A stretch of 38,482 bases of DNA. Origin: a virus. Taxonomy: Duplodnaviria > Caudoviricetes. The stretch covers positions 1 to 38,482 of IMG/VR virus record IMGVR_UViG_3300024180_000013, one strand, 5' to 3'. Both the position numbers and the translations under genes were made by a program. Below are positions 1 to 8,206 of the stretch, piece by piece. Position 1 is the stretch's first letter, and each line of letters opens with the position of its first letter. The notes below the pieces were generated by a model that was given only the letters and a program-made list of their open reading frames with translations, searched no databases and was not told where the DNA came from.

Positions 1-1162
1 ATGACTTGCAATTGACCTCATCAAAAACAATAGGCAATTTGTACAAAGCATCATTACAAATTCGCCTTGAATGTTCGTGTAATGCGTTAGCCTTTTTGGT
101 TACTGCGCTAATCGGTTGCAAAAAATATTCCTCAATCTCAGAATAACACGTAACATTTCCACCAGCGGCGGAACGAGAATGTCCGTTATTGTCGCCCGTT
201 ATTATTAGATTATATTTTTTAAATTGCTCCAATTTATCTAATAATTTTCTTAATCCACCATTCGACTCATAGCTATACAAAAACCTTATTCCTTTTACAT
301 AATCAAATTGAAAAACACAAACAGTTGAGGGATTGTAGTTGAAATCAAACGACAAATAAACATTTTGTGTGTCTATGATTTTTAAATCCTTTTTTACGTG
401 TTTTTCATGCTTAAATTCATAAAAGAAAGGGTTTTCGTTTAAATTTAAATTCCAGTCGCCCTCCAATAGCATCTTATACATTAAAGGACTCAAATTATCC
501 TTTTGCATCTGAATCCAATCTTTCTCCACATAAGGATTATCTACAACATTTGCAGGAATGTATTTCCATGACTTTTTCAATGTCCCCTTTACCCATTTGT
601 CGTATATTTCAGATTTAACCCAGCCTTGCTGCGGGTTGCTTGTACCCAATACAATCTGAGGGGGAATTGCTCGACCTTGTTCCTTCGATTGTTTCCTATC
701 ACCCATTTTCCAAGTACCTGTCCTTTGTAAGCCCATCATGAAGCCCTCGAAGCTAACATCCATTTCCTCCATGCCAAAGCCATCTGCCTCTAATCCGCGA
801 AACCTTTTCAAATCTGGGTCACGGTCTTTGTTCTCAGCAAAAAAAACAATGGAAGAACCATTTTTAAATTTTGCTGTAAAACTATTGTGCTGCGTAGGTT
901 CGTTAACCAGGAACTCAGGCGGGCAAATATTGTAGAAGGTCGGGAAAACTGTAGATTTTATACGTTGTAAGTTCTTACGGACTATTATATACTTAGCCCC
1001 TGGAAATAGCTTACACATAAAAATGAAAAAGGCTAGGATGAAATAAGTCTTACCGCTCCTTACGCTGCCGCCCGCGAGTACAAACTGATACTTTCCACTA
1101 GCTGCAATTTCAAACCAACGCTCCTGGGCTGGAAAGGGTTTAAATAATATATTCTCCTTCAT
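1..1162 (-). CDS. terL: Terminase large subunit (3' end truncated by window edge; absent from ORF track)
   Basis: Manual translation from ATG at 1162: MKENILFKPFPAQERWF...LAGGSVRSGKT (Walker A)...RFRGLEADGFGMEE (Walker B)...GTSNP (motif III)...LLEGDW...YLSFDFNYNPS (RNase H-like nuclease). Open to position 1; ATG overlaps the HNH gene stop (TAATG). Confidence 0.95.
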   Translation of the reverse strand, partial: MKENILFKPFPAQERWFEIAASGKYQFVLAGGSVRSGKTYFILAFFIFMCKLFPGAKYIIVRKNLQRIKSTVFPTFYNICPPEFLVNEPTQHNSFTAKFKNGSSIVFFAENKDRDPDLKRFRGLEADGFGMEEMDVSFEGFMMGLQRTGTWKMGDRKQSKEQGRAIPPQIVLGTSNPQQGWVKSEIYDKWVKGTLKKSWKYIPANVVDNPYVEKDWIQMQKDNLSPLMYKMLLEGDWNLNLNENPFFYEFKHEKHVKKDLKIIDTQNVYLSFDFNYNPSTVCVFQFDYVKGIRFLYSYESNGGLRKLLDKLEQFKKYNLIITGDNNGHSRSAAGGNVTCYSEIEEYFLQPISAVTKKANALHEHSRRICNDALYKLPIVFDEVNCKS

Positions 1163-1677
1163 TAATCAATTGTTACGTGTTTCCATTTCCTCCCCCTTTT
1201 TATATCTGAGATTGTGGCTGGGTTTACCCCGTATTTCCGACCTAAATCGTTATTAATTCCCCTATAAGGTTTTAGTAACTCTGTTTTAATTTCGACTACA
1301 TTTTTATCTGTTAATTTAGCCCGATTATTATTTTCCCCTTTATTACAAGCTAACCCCGTCCTAAATGCATGTTTAACGTTTTCTGAGCCTGTGCAATACT
1401 CTAAATTAAGGAAATTATTATTTTTTTTGTTCCCATCAATGTGATTAACCTGTAAATCACTTTCTCCGTGAAATGTCAACATAATTAATCTATGTACTGC
1501 AAAATGAACTCTTTTTTTGTTTTTGAATAATCTTACAGCCAAATAACCATACATAGTAATAACGGGTTTCAATTTCCTGCGTTCCCCAGTCTTATTATAA
1601 TTTAATGAATACACATTGCCGAAAATATCGCATTCGTAATCTTCATACCCAGGAACTACTTTTACTTCTGATATCAT
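1162..1677 (-). CDS. NUMOD4/HNH endonuclease with C-terminal DNA-binding helix
   Basis: VPGYEDYECDIFGNVYS (NUMOD4-like); VHRLIMLTF...VNHIDGNKKNN..NLEY..SEN..HA (HNH); KGENNNRAKLT...YGVNPATISDIKRGRKWKH. Confidence 0.93.
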   Translation of the reverse strand: MISEVKVVPGYEDYECDIFGNVYSLNYNKTGERRKLKPVITMYGYLAVRLFKNKKRVHFAVHRLIMLTFHGESDLQVNHIDGNKKNNNFLNLEYCTGSENVKHAFRTGLACNKGENNNRAKLTDKNVVEIKTELLKPYRGINNDLGRKYGVNPATISDIKRGRKWKHVTID

Positions 1678-1689
1678 ATTTTTTTGTTT

Positions 1690-2175
1690 TTAGAACTTGA
1701 CTTCCTTGCCTCCTATCATAAATACATTTTTCAATTCTTCGCCATCCGTTGTAACATCGACTTTCTCTGGCTCAAATAAACCCAGCATTTTTATCAATAT
1801 TTCATCCGCCTTGTTCACATCTGCTGTTCTTATTACTGAAGACATACGCTTTAATAAGTCCTCTTCTTTTTCGCTTAGTACTTCCTTTTGCGCCAACTCA
1901 AACACAACGTCCAACGCTTTCTTCTTCTTTAGTTGGTCATCAATTAACGAATACCTAGTGACTCCATGCTTTCGCTCCATCTCGTCACGTATTTCCGCCT
2001 TTCGCTGCTCGATATAGTCAGACATTTTCTCGTTATGGATTACTTTCCAACCTTCAATGCGAGCGGTTGCCAGTGAGGAATTGGGGTAAACTAGCATATA
2101 AGCCTTTGCCATTGTTAAGTTACTCAAGTACCCATCTATTACTAACTCATATTTCCTTCTCGTTTCTTCTCTCAT
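1690..2175 (-). CDS. terS: Terminase small subunit
   Basis: N-terminal HTH-like segment (YLSNLTMAKAY..VYP), C-terminal KMLGLFEPEKVDVTTDGE typical of TerS; upstream of terL. Confidence 0.8.
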   Translation of the reverse strand: MREETRRKYELVIDGYLSNLTMAKAYMLVYPNSSLATARIEGWKVIHNEKMSDYIEQRKAEIRDEMERKHGVTRYSLIDDQLKKKKALDVVFELAQKEVLSEKEEDLLKRMSSVIRTADVNKADEILIKMLGLFEPEKVDVTTDGEELKNVFMIGGKEVKF

Positions 2176-2278
2176 TTTTCTTTAATTTTGGTATGTTTTT
2201 TTCATTAATGTAGCAAAGGCAAAAGGGCGCAGTGCAATTTTTTCCTTTTATACAGTCCTTATTTTCTTCCTTTTTCAT
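2147..2278 (-). CDS. Small 43-aa Cys4 peptide (not in track)
   Basis: MKKEENKDCIKGKNCTAPFCLCYINEKNIPKLKKNERRNEKEI; fills the gap between 2259..2588 and terS and overlaps both. Confidence 0.5.
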   Translation of the reverse strand: MKKEENKDCIKGKNCTAPFCLCYINEKNIPKLKKNERRNEKEI

Positions 2279-2588
2279 AAGTATATTTATTTTTAAAACG
2301 TGGTCTAATTAGGTTGTTATGTATTGTTTGACCCTCTACGCTCACATCGTAACGCCCACAAATAAAGTTTTTTAATGTTGTTTTATCTTTCGGGCTAACT
2401 TGGACTGTTATTTCTCCAAATCGTTCCTCAACGTTGACAATATAGAAATTAATAGGCTTATCACTTTTATTATGTAAGGTCAAAGTTGTTGTTTCATCTA
2501 GCAATAAATGACTAGGGTTAGAATTAATTGTATGCCTAGAGGGCAAACAGGAACTAAAAAACAATAATAGAATTATTAAATATCTCAT
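2259..2588 (-). CDS. Putative lipoprotein, unknown function
   Basis: MRYLIILLLFFSSC lipobox-like N-terminus followed by a beta-rich domain. Confidence 0.6.
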   Translation of the reverse strand: MRYLIILLLFFSSCLPSRHTINSNPSHLLLDETTTLTLHNKSDKPINFYIVNVEERFGEITVQVSPKDKTTLKNFICGRYDVSVEGQTIHNNLIRPRFKNKYTYEKGRK

Positions 2589-2589
2589 T

Positions 2590-2796
2590 TTATTTTATTT
2601 TTTCTTTGTTTATTAAAATTTGTAAATAATGCTTTGCTTTTTTTAAATCCTCGATACCATTTTTCTCTTTGTATCGACTAACGTATTTTATTACGTTTCC
2701 TTCGCAAAAATCCATTTCATTCTCTACAATATACCGAATCGGTTCTATTGCTAAAGACTTATAATGATTTCCGCCTATTTGTTTACTTTCCTTCAT
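2590..2796 (-). CDS. DUF3310-like phage protein
   Basis: QIGGNHYK...IEPI.YI...FCEGNVIKYVSRY..KNGIEDLKKAKHYL; the MKESKQ ATG is the likelier start. Confidence 0.88.
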   Translation of the reverse strand: MKESKQIGGNHYKSLAIEPIRYIVENEMDFCEGNVIKYVSRYKEKNGIEDLKKAKHYLQILINKEKIK

Positions 2797-3169
2797 TGTC
2801 CTTGATTTTTTTAATTTTATCACGCAATTCAGCCGCTAACTCGAACTGTTGGTTTTCTTCTGCAATACCAAGCTTAAACTCAAGTGCTTCTAGTTCGCTC
2901 ATGCTTTCCATAAACGTGAAATCTTCTTCACTCTTAACATTCATCAAATCAGAATAAAGCGGTTGCAATCCAGAACTGATTAATAATTGATTAATGTAGG
3001 ACTTTTCGAAATCCTCAAAAGTTACTTTGATGCACAAAAGAGGTAAGTCGTTTACGTGGCGAATAAAAGGGTAATAGTTAACACCATCCCCGACAAACTC
3101 ACATATTTTGTATTTTTTCCCAAGTAGTTTCCTTGTTTTTCTCTTTTCTTTACAAAAAATTGGTATCAT
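2783..3169 (-). CDS. Hypothetical protein with C-terminal UVR (UvrB/UvrC) coiled-coil motif
   Basis: LEFKLGIAEENQQFELAAELRDKIKKI matches the UVR motif. Confidence 0.65.
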   Translation of the reverse strand: MIPIFCKEKRKTRKLLGKKYKICEFVGDGVNYYPFIRHVNDLPLLCIKVTFEDFEKSYINQLLISSGLQPLYSDLMNVKSEEDFTFMESMSELEALEFKLGIAEENQQFELAAELRDKIKKIKDNEGK

Positions 3170-3179
3170 AATATTGTTT

Positions 3180-3365
3180 TTAATCGTTATAAAAATCACT
3201 CAGGAAATCGTCCTGAGCCGTTTTTGCAGCTTCATCATCAAGTTTCAAAGTAGTAACCTCTTTTAATAGGTTCCTGTTGATTTTTTTAAGCGTGCTAACT
3301 TCTTTTCTTAGCCTGCTCACTTCTCTTATCAACACTTTTTGTCGGTCTTTTTCTTCTGTTGTCAT
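3180..3365 (-). CDS. Hypothetical coiled-coil protein
   Basis: ATG ORF directly downstream of the promoter at 3387-3417; heptad pattern. Confidence 0.6.
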   Translation of the reverse strand: MTTEEKDRQKVLIREVSRLRKEVSTLKKINRNLLKEVTTLKLDDEAAKTAQDDFLSDFYND

Positions 3366-3386
3366 TTTTTTAGTTTATTTATTAGA

Positions 3387-3417
3387 CAATATAACCTTTT
3401 TTTAGTTAAAAACCTAA
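3387..3417 (-). promoter_or_regulatory. Phage promoter-like motif
   Basis: TTAGG..AAAAAAAGGTTATATTG; the core is identical to the copies at 23150 and 35950. Confidence 0.7.
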
Positions 3418-3517
3418 TATTTACAAGGTTAAAAAAATAAAATATTGATTAATATTGCAAATCCAGCAACAAAAATCATTATATTGAATCTATCTTCGTT
3501 TATATCTTCGTTTAAGT

Positions 3518-3994
3518 TCATTTTACTTTTATTATGATTATGAAAATTAATACTATCAATACAAATATAAGTAAATAAATCCAAAAAGGTATATACTTTT
3601 TTAATTTTGTTGTATATTCTTTTTGTATAATCGTTTTTTGTATCGTGTCTATAACTGAAATTAAAAGCGTATCAGCTATTATTTCCGTCCTTACTGATAC
3701 TTTCACAAACGTATCACGAACTAGTGTTACCTCTACGTTATAAGCTGAATCAATAACATTGTAAGTTACTGAATCCTTTATTTTGTCGTTCCATTTTTCA
3801 AAAAGAAAAGACGTGTCTGGTTTGATAAAAACCTCTTTTGTTATCTCCACAACATCAATAATCGTGTCTGTTTTCTCATTAATAAGATGAGGATAATATT
3901 TTGCAATTTGGTCAATCTTTTTCACCGCCATTTTTTCACTCAAACAGCTAGATAAAAAAACTAAAAACGTAAAAAGTATTATTTTGTATTTCAT
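3518..3994 (-). CDS. Lipoprotein with C-terminal TM helix; unimolecular spanin candidate
   Basis: Lipobox FLSSC, beta-rich middle, C-terminal IPFWIYLLIFVLIVLIFIIIIKVK. Confidence 0.6.
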   Translation of the reverse strand: MKYKIILFTFLVFLSSCLSEKMAVKKIDQIAKYYPHLINEKTDTIIDVVEITKEVFIKPDTSFLFEKWNDKIKDSVTYNVIDSAYNVEVTLVRDTFVKVSVRTEIIADTLLISVIDTIQKTIIQKEYTTKLKKYIPFWIYLLIFVLIVLIFIIIIKVK

Positions 3995-3996
3995 AA

Positions 3997-4785
3997 TTAA
4001 TTACTTAATGGTGCTTTAATTTTTGGGTGTGATTTGTAATTTATCAATTCATAATCAAACTCGCCATTTAAAATATCTACATTAGATAGTTTTACGGTTG
4101 GTAAGTCGTAAGGTTCTCTTGTCAATTGCAATTTTGCTTGCTCGATATGATTACTATACAAGTGTACATCACCCAAACTCCCTATCAATTCGCCAGGTTC
4201 ATACCCCGTTTCTTTGCAAAGTAATAACAATAACATACCGTAGGATGCAATATTATAGGGTAAACCCAAAAAAGTATCTACGGAACGCTGATTCCACATT
4301 AAAGATAATTTTCTATTGTTGCTAACATAGCATTGAAAAGCATAATGACAAGGTGGGAGTGTCATTTGGTCAAGCTCTCCAACATTCCATGCTGATACCA
4401 TATGCCTTCGTGAATCTCGATTTTTTCTCAACTCTTTTATTAAATTTGCAATTTGGTCAATACCGTCCCAATCTCTCCATTGCTTACCATAGATAGGACC
4501 TAATTCACCGTCTGTTCTTCCTGACTTCTTGTAATCCCCATTCCAAATATTGCATCCATTGTCTTGTAAGTATTTTATATTTGTATCCCCTTTCAGAAAC
4601 CACTTTAACTCTGTCATTACAGACTTCATAGACATTTCTTTTGTAGTCAAAAGAGGAAAACCTTCTTCCATGTCGTATCTTATAAAGCGACCAAAAACAG
4701 AAAAAGTTCCTGTTCCTGTTCTATCAGATTTTTTCCCTCCATTATCGAGAATGTCCTTTAATAAGTTTTTATATTGTTTATCCAT
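3997..4785 (-). CDS. thyA: Thymidylate synthase
   Basis: DRTGTGT, FPLLTTK, ELKWFLKG, LGPIYGKQWR, LPPCH, QRSVD.FLGLPYN, GDVHLY.NH. Confidence 0.98.
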   Translation of the reverse strand: MDKQYKNLLKDILDNGGKKSDRTGTGTFSVFGRFIRYDMEEGFPLLTTKEMSMKSVMTELKWFLKGDTNIKYLQDNGCNIWNGDYKKSGRTDGELGPIYGKQWRDWDGIDQIANLIKELRKNRDSRRHMVSAWNVGELDQMTLPPCHYAFQCYVSNNRKLSLMWNQRSVDTFLGLPYNIASYGMLLLLLCKETGYEPGELIGSLGDVHLYSNHIEQAKLQLTREPYDLPTVKLSNVDILNGEFDYELINYKSHPKIKAPLSN

Positions 4786-4803
4786 TTTTTTAGTTTTGTT
4801 TTT

Positions 4804-4845
4804 AAAAAAAAACGCTAGACGTTAATAACTGAGTTACTACGTCTA
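4804..4845 (-). terminator. Intrinsic terminator-like hairpin
   Basis: TAGACGT...ACGTCTA inverted repeat with a T9 tract on the minus strand. Confidence 0.6.
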
Positions 4846-4891
4846 ACTTGGTGTTGTTTTTTCAAATTAAGATGTAAAGTATTTTTAATTC

Positions 4892-5233
4892 TTAAAGATA
4901 CTTTACAATTCTGATTCTAATTTCGATAAACTCTTGAGGAAAAAAACTTCTATTAGATTGTTTCATATTCCATTCATTTTCCTCCTTTCTATAAAGAAAA
5001 ACTCTCCCTGATAATCCATTTTTACCCAACTTAAATAATACACCATCTACATTCAACTCAAGTGGGGTTTTAAAATTATCGTCTTTATCAATATATTTTA
5101 AGCATTCATGTAAACCCTCTTTTGTACATTTTGCACGAAAAATCAAACCATAAATACCTGTTCTTTCTATTTTAAATTTTTTCCCTCCATTGTCGAGAAT
5201 GTCCTTGAGCAGTTTTTTATATTGTTTATCCAT
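4892..5233 (-). CDS. Chimeric hypothetical protein with ThyA-like first 19 aa
   Basis: 18 of the first 19 aa match ThyA; the remainder is unrelated. Confidence 0.7.
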   Translation of the reverse strand: MDKQYKKLLKDILDNGGKKFKIERTGIYGLIFRAKCTKEGLHECLKYIDKDDNFKTPLELNVDGVLFKLGKNGLSGRVFLYRKEENEWNMKQSNRSFFPQEFIEIRIRIVKYL

Positions 5234-5301
5234 AATATTTATTTTTTAATCCTAACAAACGTTATATGTACAACTCTAAGCGAGCCGTCAAATAGCTTGT
5301 G

Positions 5302-6021
5302 TTAGCCACAATACACAAAAAGCTTGTCGGTCTTTTTAATATTTCCAGTATTACTTCCGTTTCCTAACTGTGTATTTGTTAAAACTTCTTTAATACATTT
5401 AAAATCGTTTGGTGCGTTGTATTCACTTACAAATACTTGGTGTCCTTCTTTGGTTTTATTTCTGCACCATTCCCAAAATTCAGTGTGGTTAAAATCATCT
5501 TTGTATTTTGTTGTTCCCTCATACGGTGGGTCGCAATAAATTAAGCTGTTTTCAGGTATTTCTAAATCTTGGTAACTACTATGTATAAATTCAACATCTT
5601 GTATCTTTGGTAATTGTTTCAACACTCCATTTCTACTTTCTTTTTGGTGGTTTGGTAACCTTCCGTTTTTAAGCCTTCTATTTTCTTTATAATCATTTAT
5701 CCAACCCCCAAACCATTTACCACCATAACTACAGCATATACCAGCCCAAAGAGTCATTTTAGTATTATTTTCTTTATTGTCTTTTATTTTGTAATACTCT
5801 TCTTTTGTAACGTGTTCTGGGGGTAGCCATCCGTTTTTTAATTCATTCCAAAAATCAATTAAATATTTGTTAAAGTCTGCTCCAATTCTTTTTCCTTCAA
5901 CCTTATCAATCATATTCGCACCACCCACAAAAGGTTCAACCCAAGTTTTGCCGTTTCTATTTTCTAACATTATAGGCAACAAATGTTTTGCTATCCTATT
6001 TTTACTTCCCATGTATTTCAT
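5302..6021 (-). CDS. DNA adenine methyltransferase (Dam/D12-like)
   Basis: MKYMGSK, EPFVGGANM (motif I), IYCDPPY (motif IV), VFVSEY. Confidence 0.93.
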   Translation of the reverse strand: MKYMGSKNRIAKHLLPIMLENRNGKTWVEPFVGGANMIDKVEGKRIGADFNKYLIDFWNELKNGWLPPEHVTKEEYYKIKDNKENNTKMTLWAGICCSYGGKWFGGWINDYKENRRLKNGRLPNHQKESRNGVLKQLPKIQDVEFIHSSYQDLEIPENSLIYCDPPYEGTTKYKDDFNHTEFWEWCRNKTKEGHQVFVSEYNAPNDFKCIKEVLTNTQLGNGSNTGNIKKTDKLFVYCG

Positions 6022-6045
6022 TTGTCTATTTATTTTTTAAGTCCG

Positions 6046-6705
6046 TTATAAATAACTTTGTATCTCTTTTATTTTCTCCCTAGCTTTTTTTGCATCCTGG
6101 AAACAAAATCCTTCAAGGTGACACTTGTAAATTTCTTGCATCTCAACCGCAGCATCGTTATACATTTTCCTACAATCTTCAATTTCTTGCTTTGTTACAG
6201 TCCGTTTGAATCGTTCAATCCTACCCGTAAACTCAACACCCCCTTTTACGTTTGCGTCCCTTGTTTCCATCCAAATTAACTCGCTAGTCGGAATAATTCC
6301 AAAAGCATCGTAAATCATAAGTGAATACGTATCTAATTGCAAATGGTTGTCTACTCTCTCCTGATTCCATTCTGCTTTCCCAGTTTTGTACTCTGTTACG
6401 TGCGTGTAATCTTCACTACAAGCATCCAAATAACCAATAATGTAAAATCCTCTTTGTTGCAATACAAGGCAAACTTCAGCTGGGTCTTTTACTTTTGCAC
6501 GTCCAACAACCTCCATAATATCGGTGTCAATCTTGAAGAAGTTTTCTTCCTCCAAAGCGTCCGAAACTCTACGCCCAAATATCATTTCTTTTGACGTAAA
6601 AAAGGGTTCTTTAAATATATATCGCTGTATCCATTGTCGGCGTGTTGACGTTGCATTGAACGCCCGCACAGCCGAATAACTTAAATAATTTTTTGGTAAT
6701 TTCAT
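6046..6705 (-). CDS. PD-(D/E)XK exonuclease (RecB/Cas4-like fold)
   Basis: YLSYSAV...FG..V..ALE...GYLD...EYKTG...QLDTY; adjacent to the putative annealing protein. Confidence 0.8.
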   Translation of the reverse strand: MKLPKNYLSYSAVRAFNATSTRRQWIQRYIFKEPFFTSKEMIFGRRVSDALEEENFFKIDTDIMEVVGRAKVKDPAEVCLVLQQRGFYIIGYLDACSEDYTHVTEYKTGKAEWNQERVDNHLQLDTYSLMIYDAFGIIPTSELIWMETRDANVKGGVEFTGRIERFKRTVTKQEIEDCRKMYNDAAVEMQEIYKCHLEGFCFQDAKKAREKIKEIQSYL

Positions 6706-7307
6706 TATAATATTATTGTTTCTTTTGTAGAGATTTTTAATAACTTTAGTGCGTCATTTGTGTATTGGCTATATCTCACATCCATTTTAGCTTTAATCTG
6801 CTGAAACGTCAAACCTTGCTCCACGTACATCAATATAGCTTTTTTTGTTTTCTCAAACTCCGCAGTATTGAAAATTAATTTCACCTCAGCTGTTGGTTGT
6901 GGTGCAGTTTCTTGTACTTGTTGGGGTTTTTTAAAGTCCTCGCTTTCATCTTCTCCAAAAATACCTAGTTCGTATAGTCCAGTTATCTTTAACACTATCC
7001 TAGACATTGCACGCTTTTCTGCGATTTCTGTCACATAATAGCTATTGGTGTTACCATCTCGGAAACTCTTACCTTTTACTGCACTTCCAAATGTTTGGAT
7101 TTTTACATTGTCCTTTTGACCTAGCGCTTTAATTACTACAAAATCACGTTCGCACTTGATAACTTCATAGTTAATGTTAATATTTTCAACACCCATTATC
7201 TTCTCAATTCCTGAACGGGTGATGATTAAATAATGTTGATGTTTGAAAATGTCCTCTTTTTCGAGGTTGTACTTTCTATAAATCTCTGCTAATTTTTCCT
7301 TTTTCAT
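6705..7307 (-). CDS. Putative ssDNA-annealing/recombination protein
   Basis: IITRSGIEKI...TFGSA...EIAEKRAMSR..L...G.FGEDESEDF resembles Rad52/Sak/ERF-type cores; coupled to the exonuclease. Confidence 0.55.
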   Translation of the reverse strand: MKKEKLAEIYRKYNLEKEDIFKHQHYLIITRSGIEKIMGVENININYEVIKCERDFVVIKALGQKDNVKIQTFGSAVKGKSFRDGNTNSYYVTEIAEKRAMSRIVLKITGLYELGIFGEDESEDFKKPQQVQETAPQPTAEVKLIFNTAEFEKTKKAILMYVEQGLTFQQIKAKMDVRYSQYTNDALKLLKISTKETIIL

Positions 7308-7336
7308 TGTTTAAAATTTTAATTGTTAATAATAAT

Positions 7337-7368
7337 CAAATGTACACATTATATTTTAAAAAACCAAA
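7337..7368 (-). promoter_or_regulatory. Bacteroidota sigmaA-type promoter
   Basis: TTTG-N20-TACATTTG. Confidence 0.75.
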
Positions 7369-7425
7369 TAACAATTGTTAAATCGTCAATTTCGTTCCTC
7401 AACTGCGTTTAACTTTGCGTTATGT
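7366..7425. mobile_element. attC-like 60-bp hairpin site A
   Basis: AAATAAC-aatt-GTTAAA t CG t CA a TT-loop-AA c TG CG TTTAAC-tttgc-GTTATGT. Confidence 0.6.
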
Positions 7426-7473
7426 ACAATATAGCTAAGGTCATTGCTAAAACAAAGTTTTAGGCTTAATTAC

Positions 7474-8181
7474 CTAATCATTATTATAATGCTTTAAGTA
7501 TGGTTTTTCTTCTTTAGTACATTTGCTTTTCCACCTTTTATCTAAAAACTTAATGTATCTAAATTGTCTTAAATCATGCTTAATAGCATTTTCTTTATTC
7601 AGTTGTAAATATTGGCAACCACCAACATTATTTTTATATCTTGTGCTTTTTTTAGATACTGTCATACTTGTATTATGGTAAACAATATTTTCTAACTCCC
7701 AAAAACTACTCGTGTGCTCCCCATAAAAACCAAAGCTACACGCTTGGTAAACAATACCTAAACCGCCACATCTTTCATCAGCAAAACTTTGAATCCATTT
7801 TATGGTTTTTATTTTACCTTTTATGTACTTAATACTGTATGCAATAGCCATACTTTCACTATTTCTTTCAGCTTTATCATCTAACCACATTCGGTTAAGT
7901 TCTAAGTATTGGTTCATTTCAGTACCTTTTACAAGGCTCGCCCCACTTGCTGGGTTCATAGCATAACCATATTGTAATACGCCTAAAAACTCACCTTTAA
8001 TAAAAACACCTAAATTAATATAAGTACCATTATAAACCTTTTTACTATAATGGTTTTTTATTATGGTTTTGTTTGCTTCTTTTCTGTCAATTTCTTTTAC
8101 ATAAAAATCATCAGTACCATAACCAATAATATCTTTATGTCCAAACATTGGTATTTGTTCACTATAAATATATCCTTTCAT
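7474..8181 (-). CDS. mom: Mom-like DNA-modifying GNAT acyltransferase
   Basis: IIKNHYSKK, GVLQYG, YLELNRMWL, NSES..I, WIQSFADERCG..GIVYQA..F.FYG, LRQFRYI: pattern of the phage Mu Mom family. Confidence 0.85.
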   Translation of the reverse strand: MKGYIYSEQIPMFGHKDIIGYGTDDFYVKEIDRKEANKTIIKNHYSKKVYNGTYINLGVFIKGEFLGVLQYGYAMNPASGASLVKGTEMNQYLELNRMWLDDKAERNSESMAIAYSIKYIKGKIKTIKWIQSFADERCGGLGIVYQACSFGFYGEHTSSFWELENIVYHNTSMTVSKKSTRYKNNVGGCQYLQLNKENAIKHDLRQFRYIKFLDKRWKSKCTKEEKPYLKHYNND

Positions 8182-8206
8182 TTTGTTTTGTTTAAATTAA
8201 AACTAA

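Larger units (their letters stand above)
4728..5233 (-). repeat. 58-bp direct repeat (4728-4785 and 5176-5233): duplicated thyA 5' end
   Basis: 52/58 identical by manual alignment; encodes MDKQYK(N/K)LLKDILDNGGKK. Confidence 0.95.

Noticed and set aside
1162-1689. Group I intron around the HNH gene
   Set aside because: The ORF sits between two intact genes with only 0-12 nt of flank, leaving no room for intron structure.
3429-3521. 30-aa hydrophobic ORF with a 12-bp tandem repeat
   Set aside because: It is ATGA-coupled but very short and low-complexity; support is insufficient.
3997-4785. ThyA as a base-modifying hydroxymethylase
   Set aside because: Canonical motifs are intact, including the dUMP-specifying Asn (GLPYN); it reads as an ordinary thymidylate synthase.
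6046-6705. Cas4/CRISPR system
   Set aside because: No Fe-S cysteine set, no cas genes and no repeat-spacer array seen; the context fits a recombination exonuclease.
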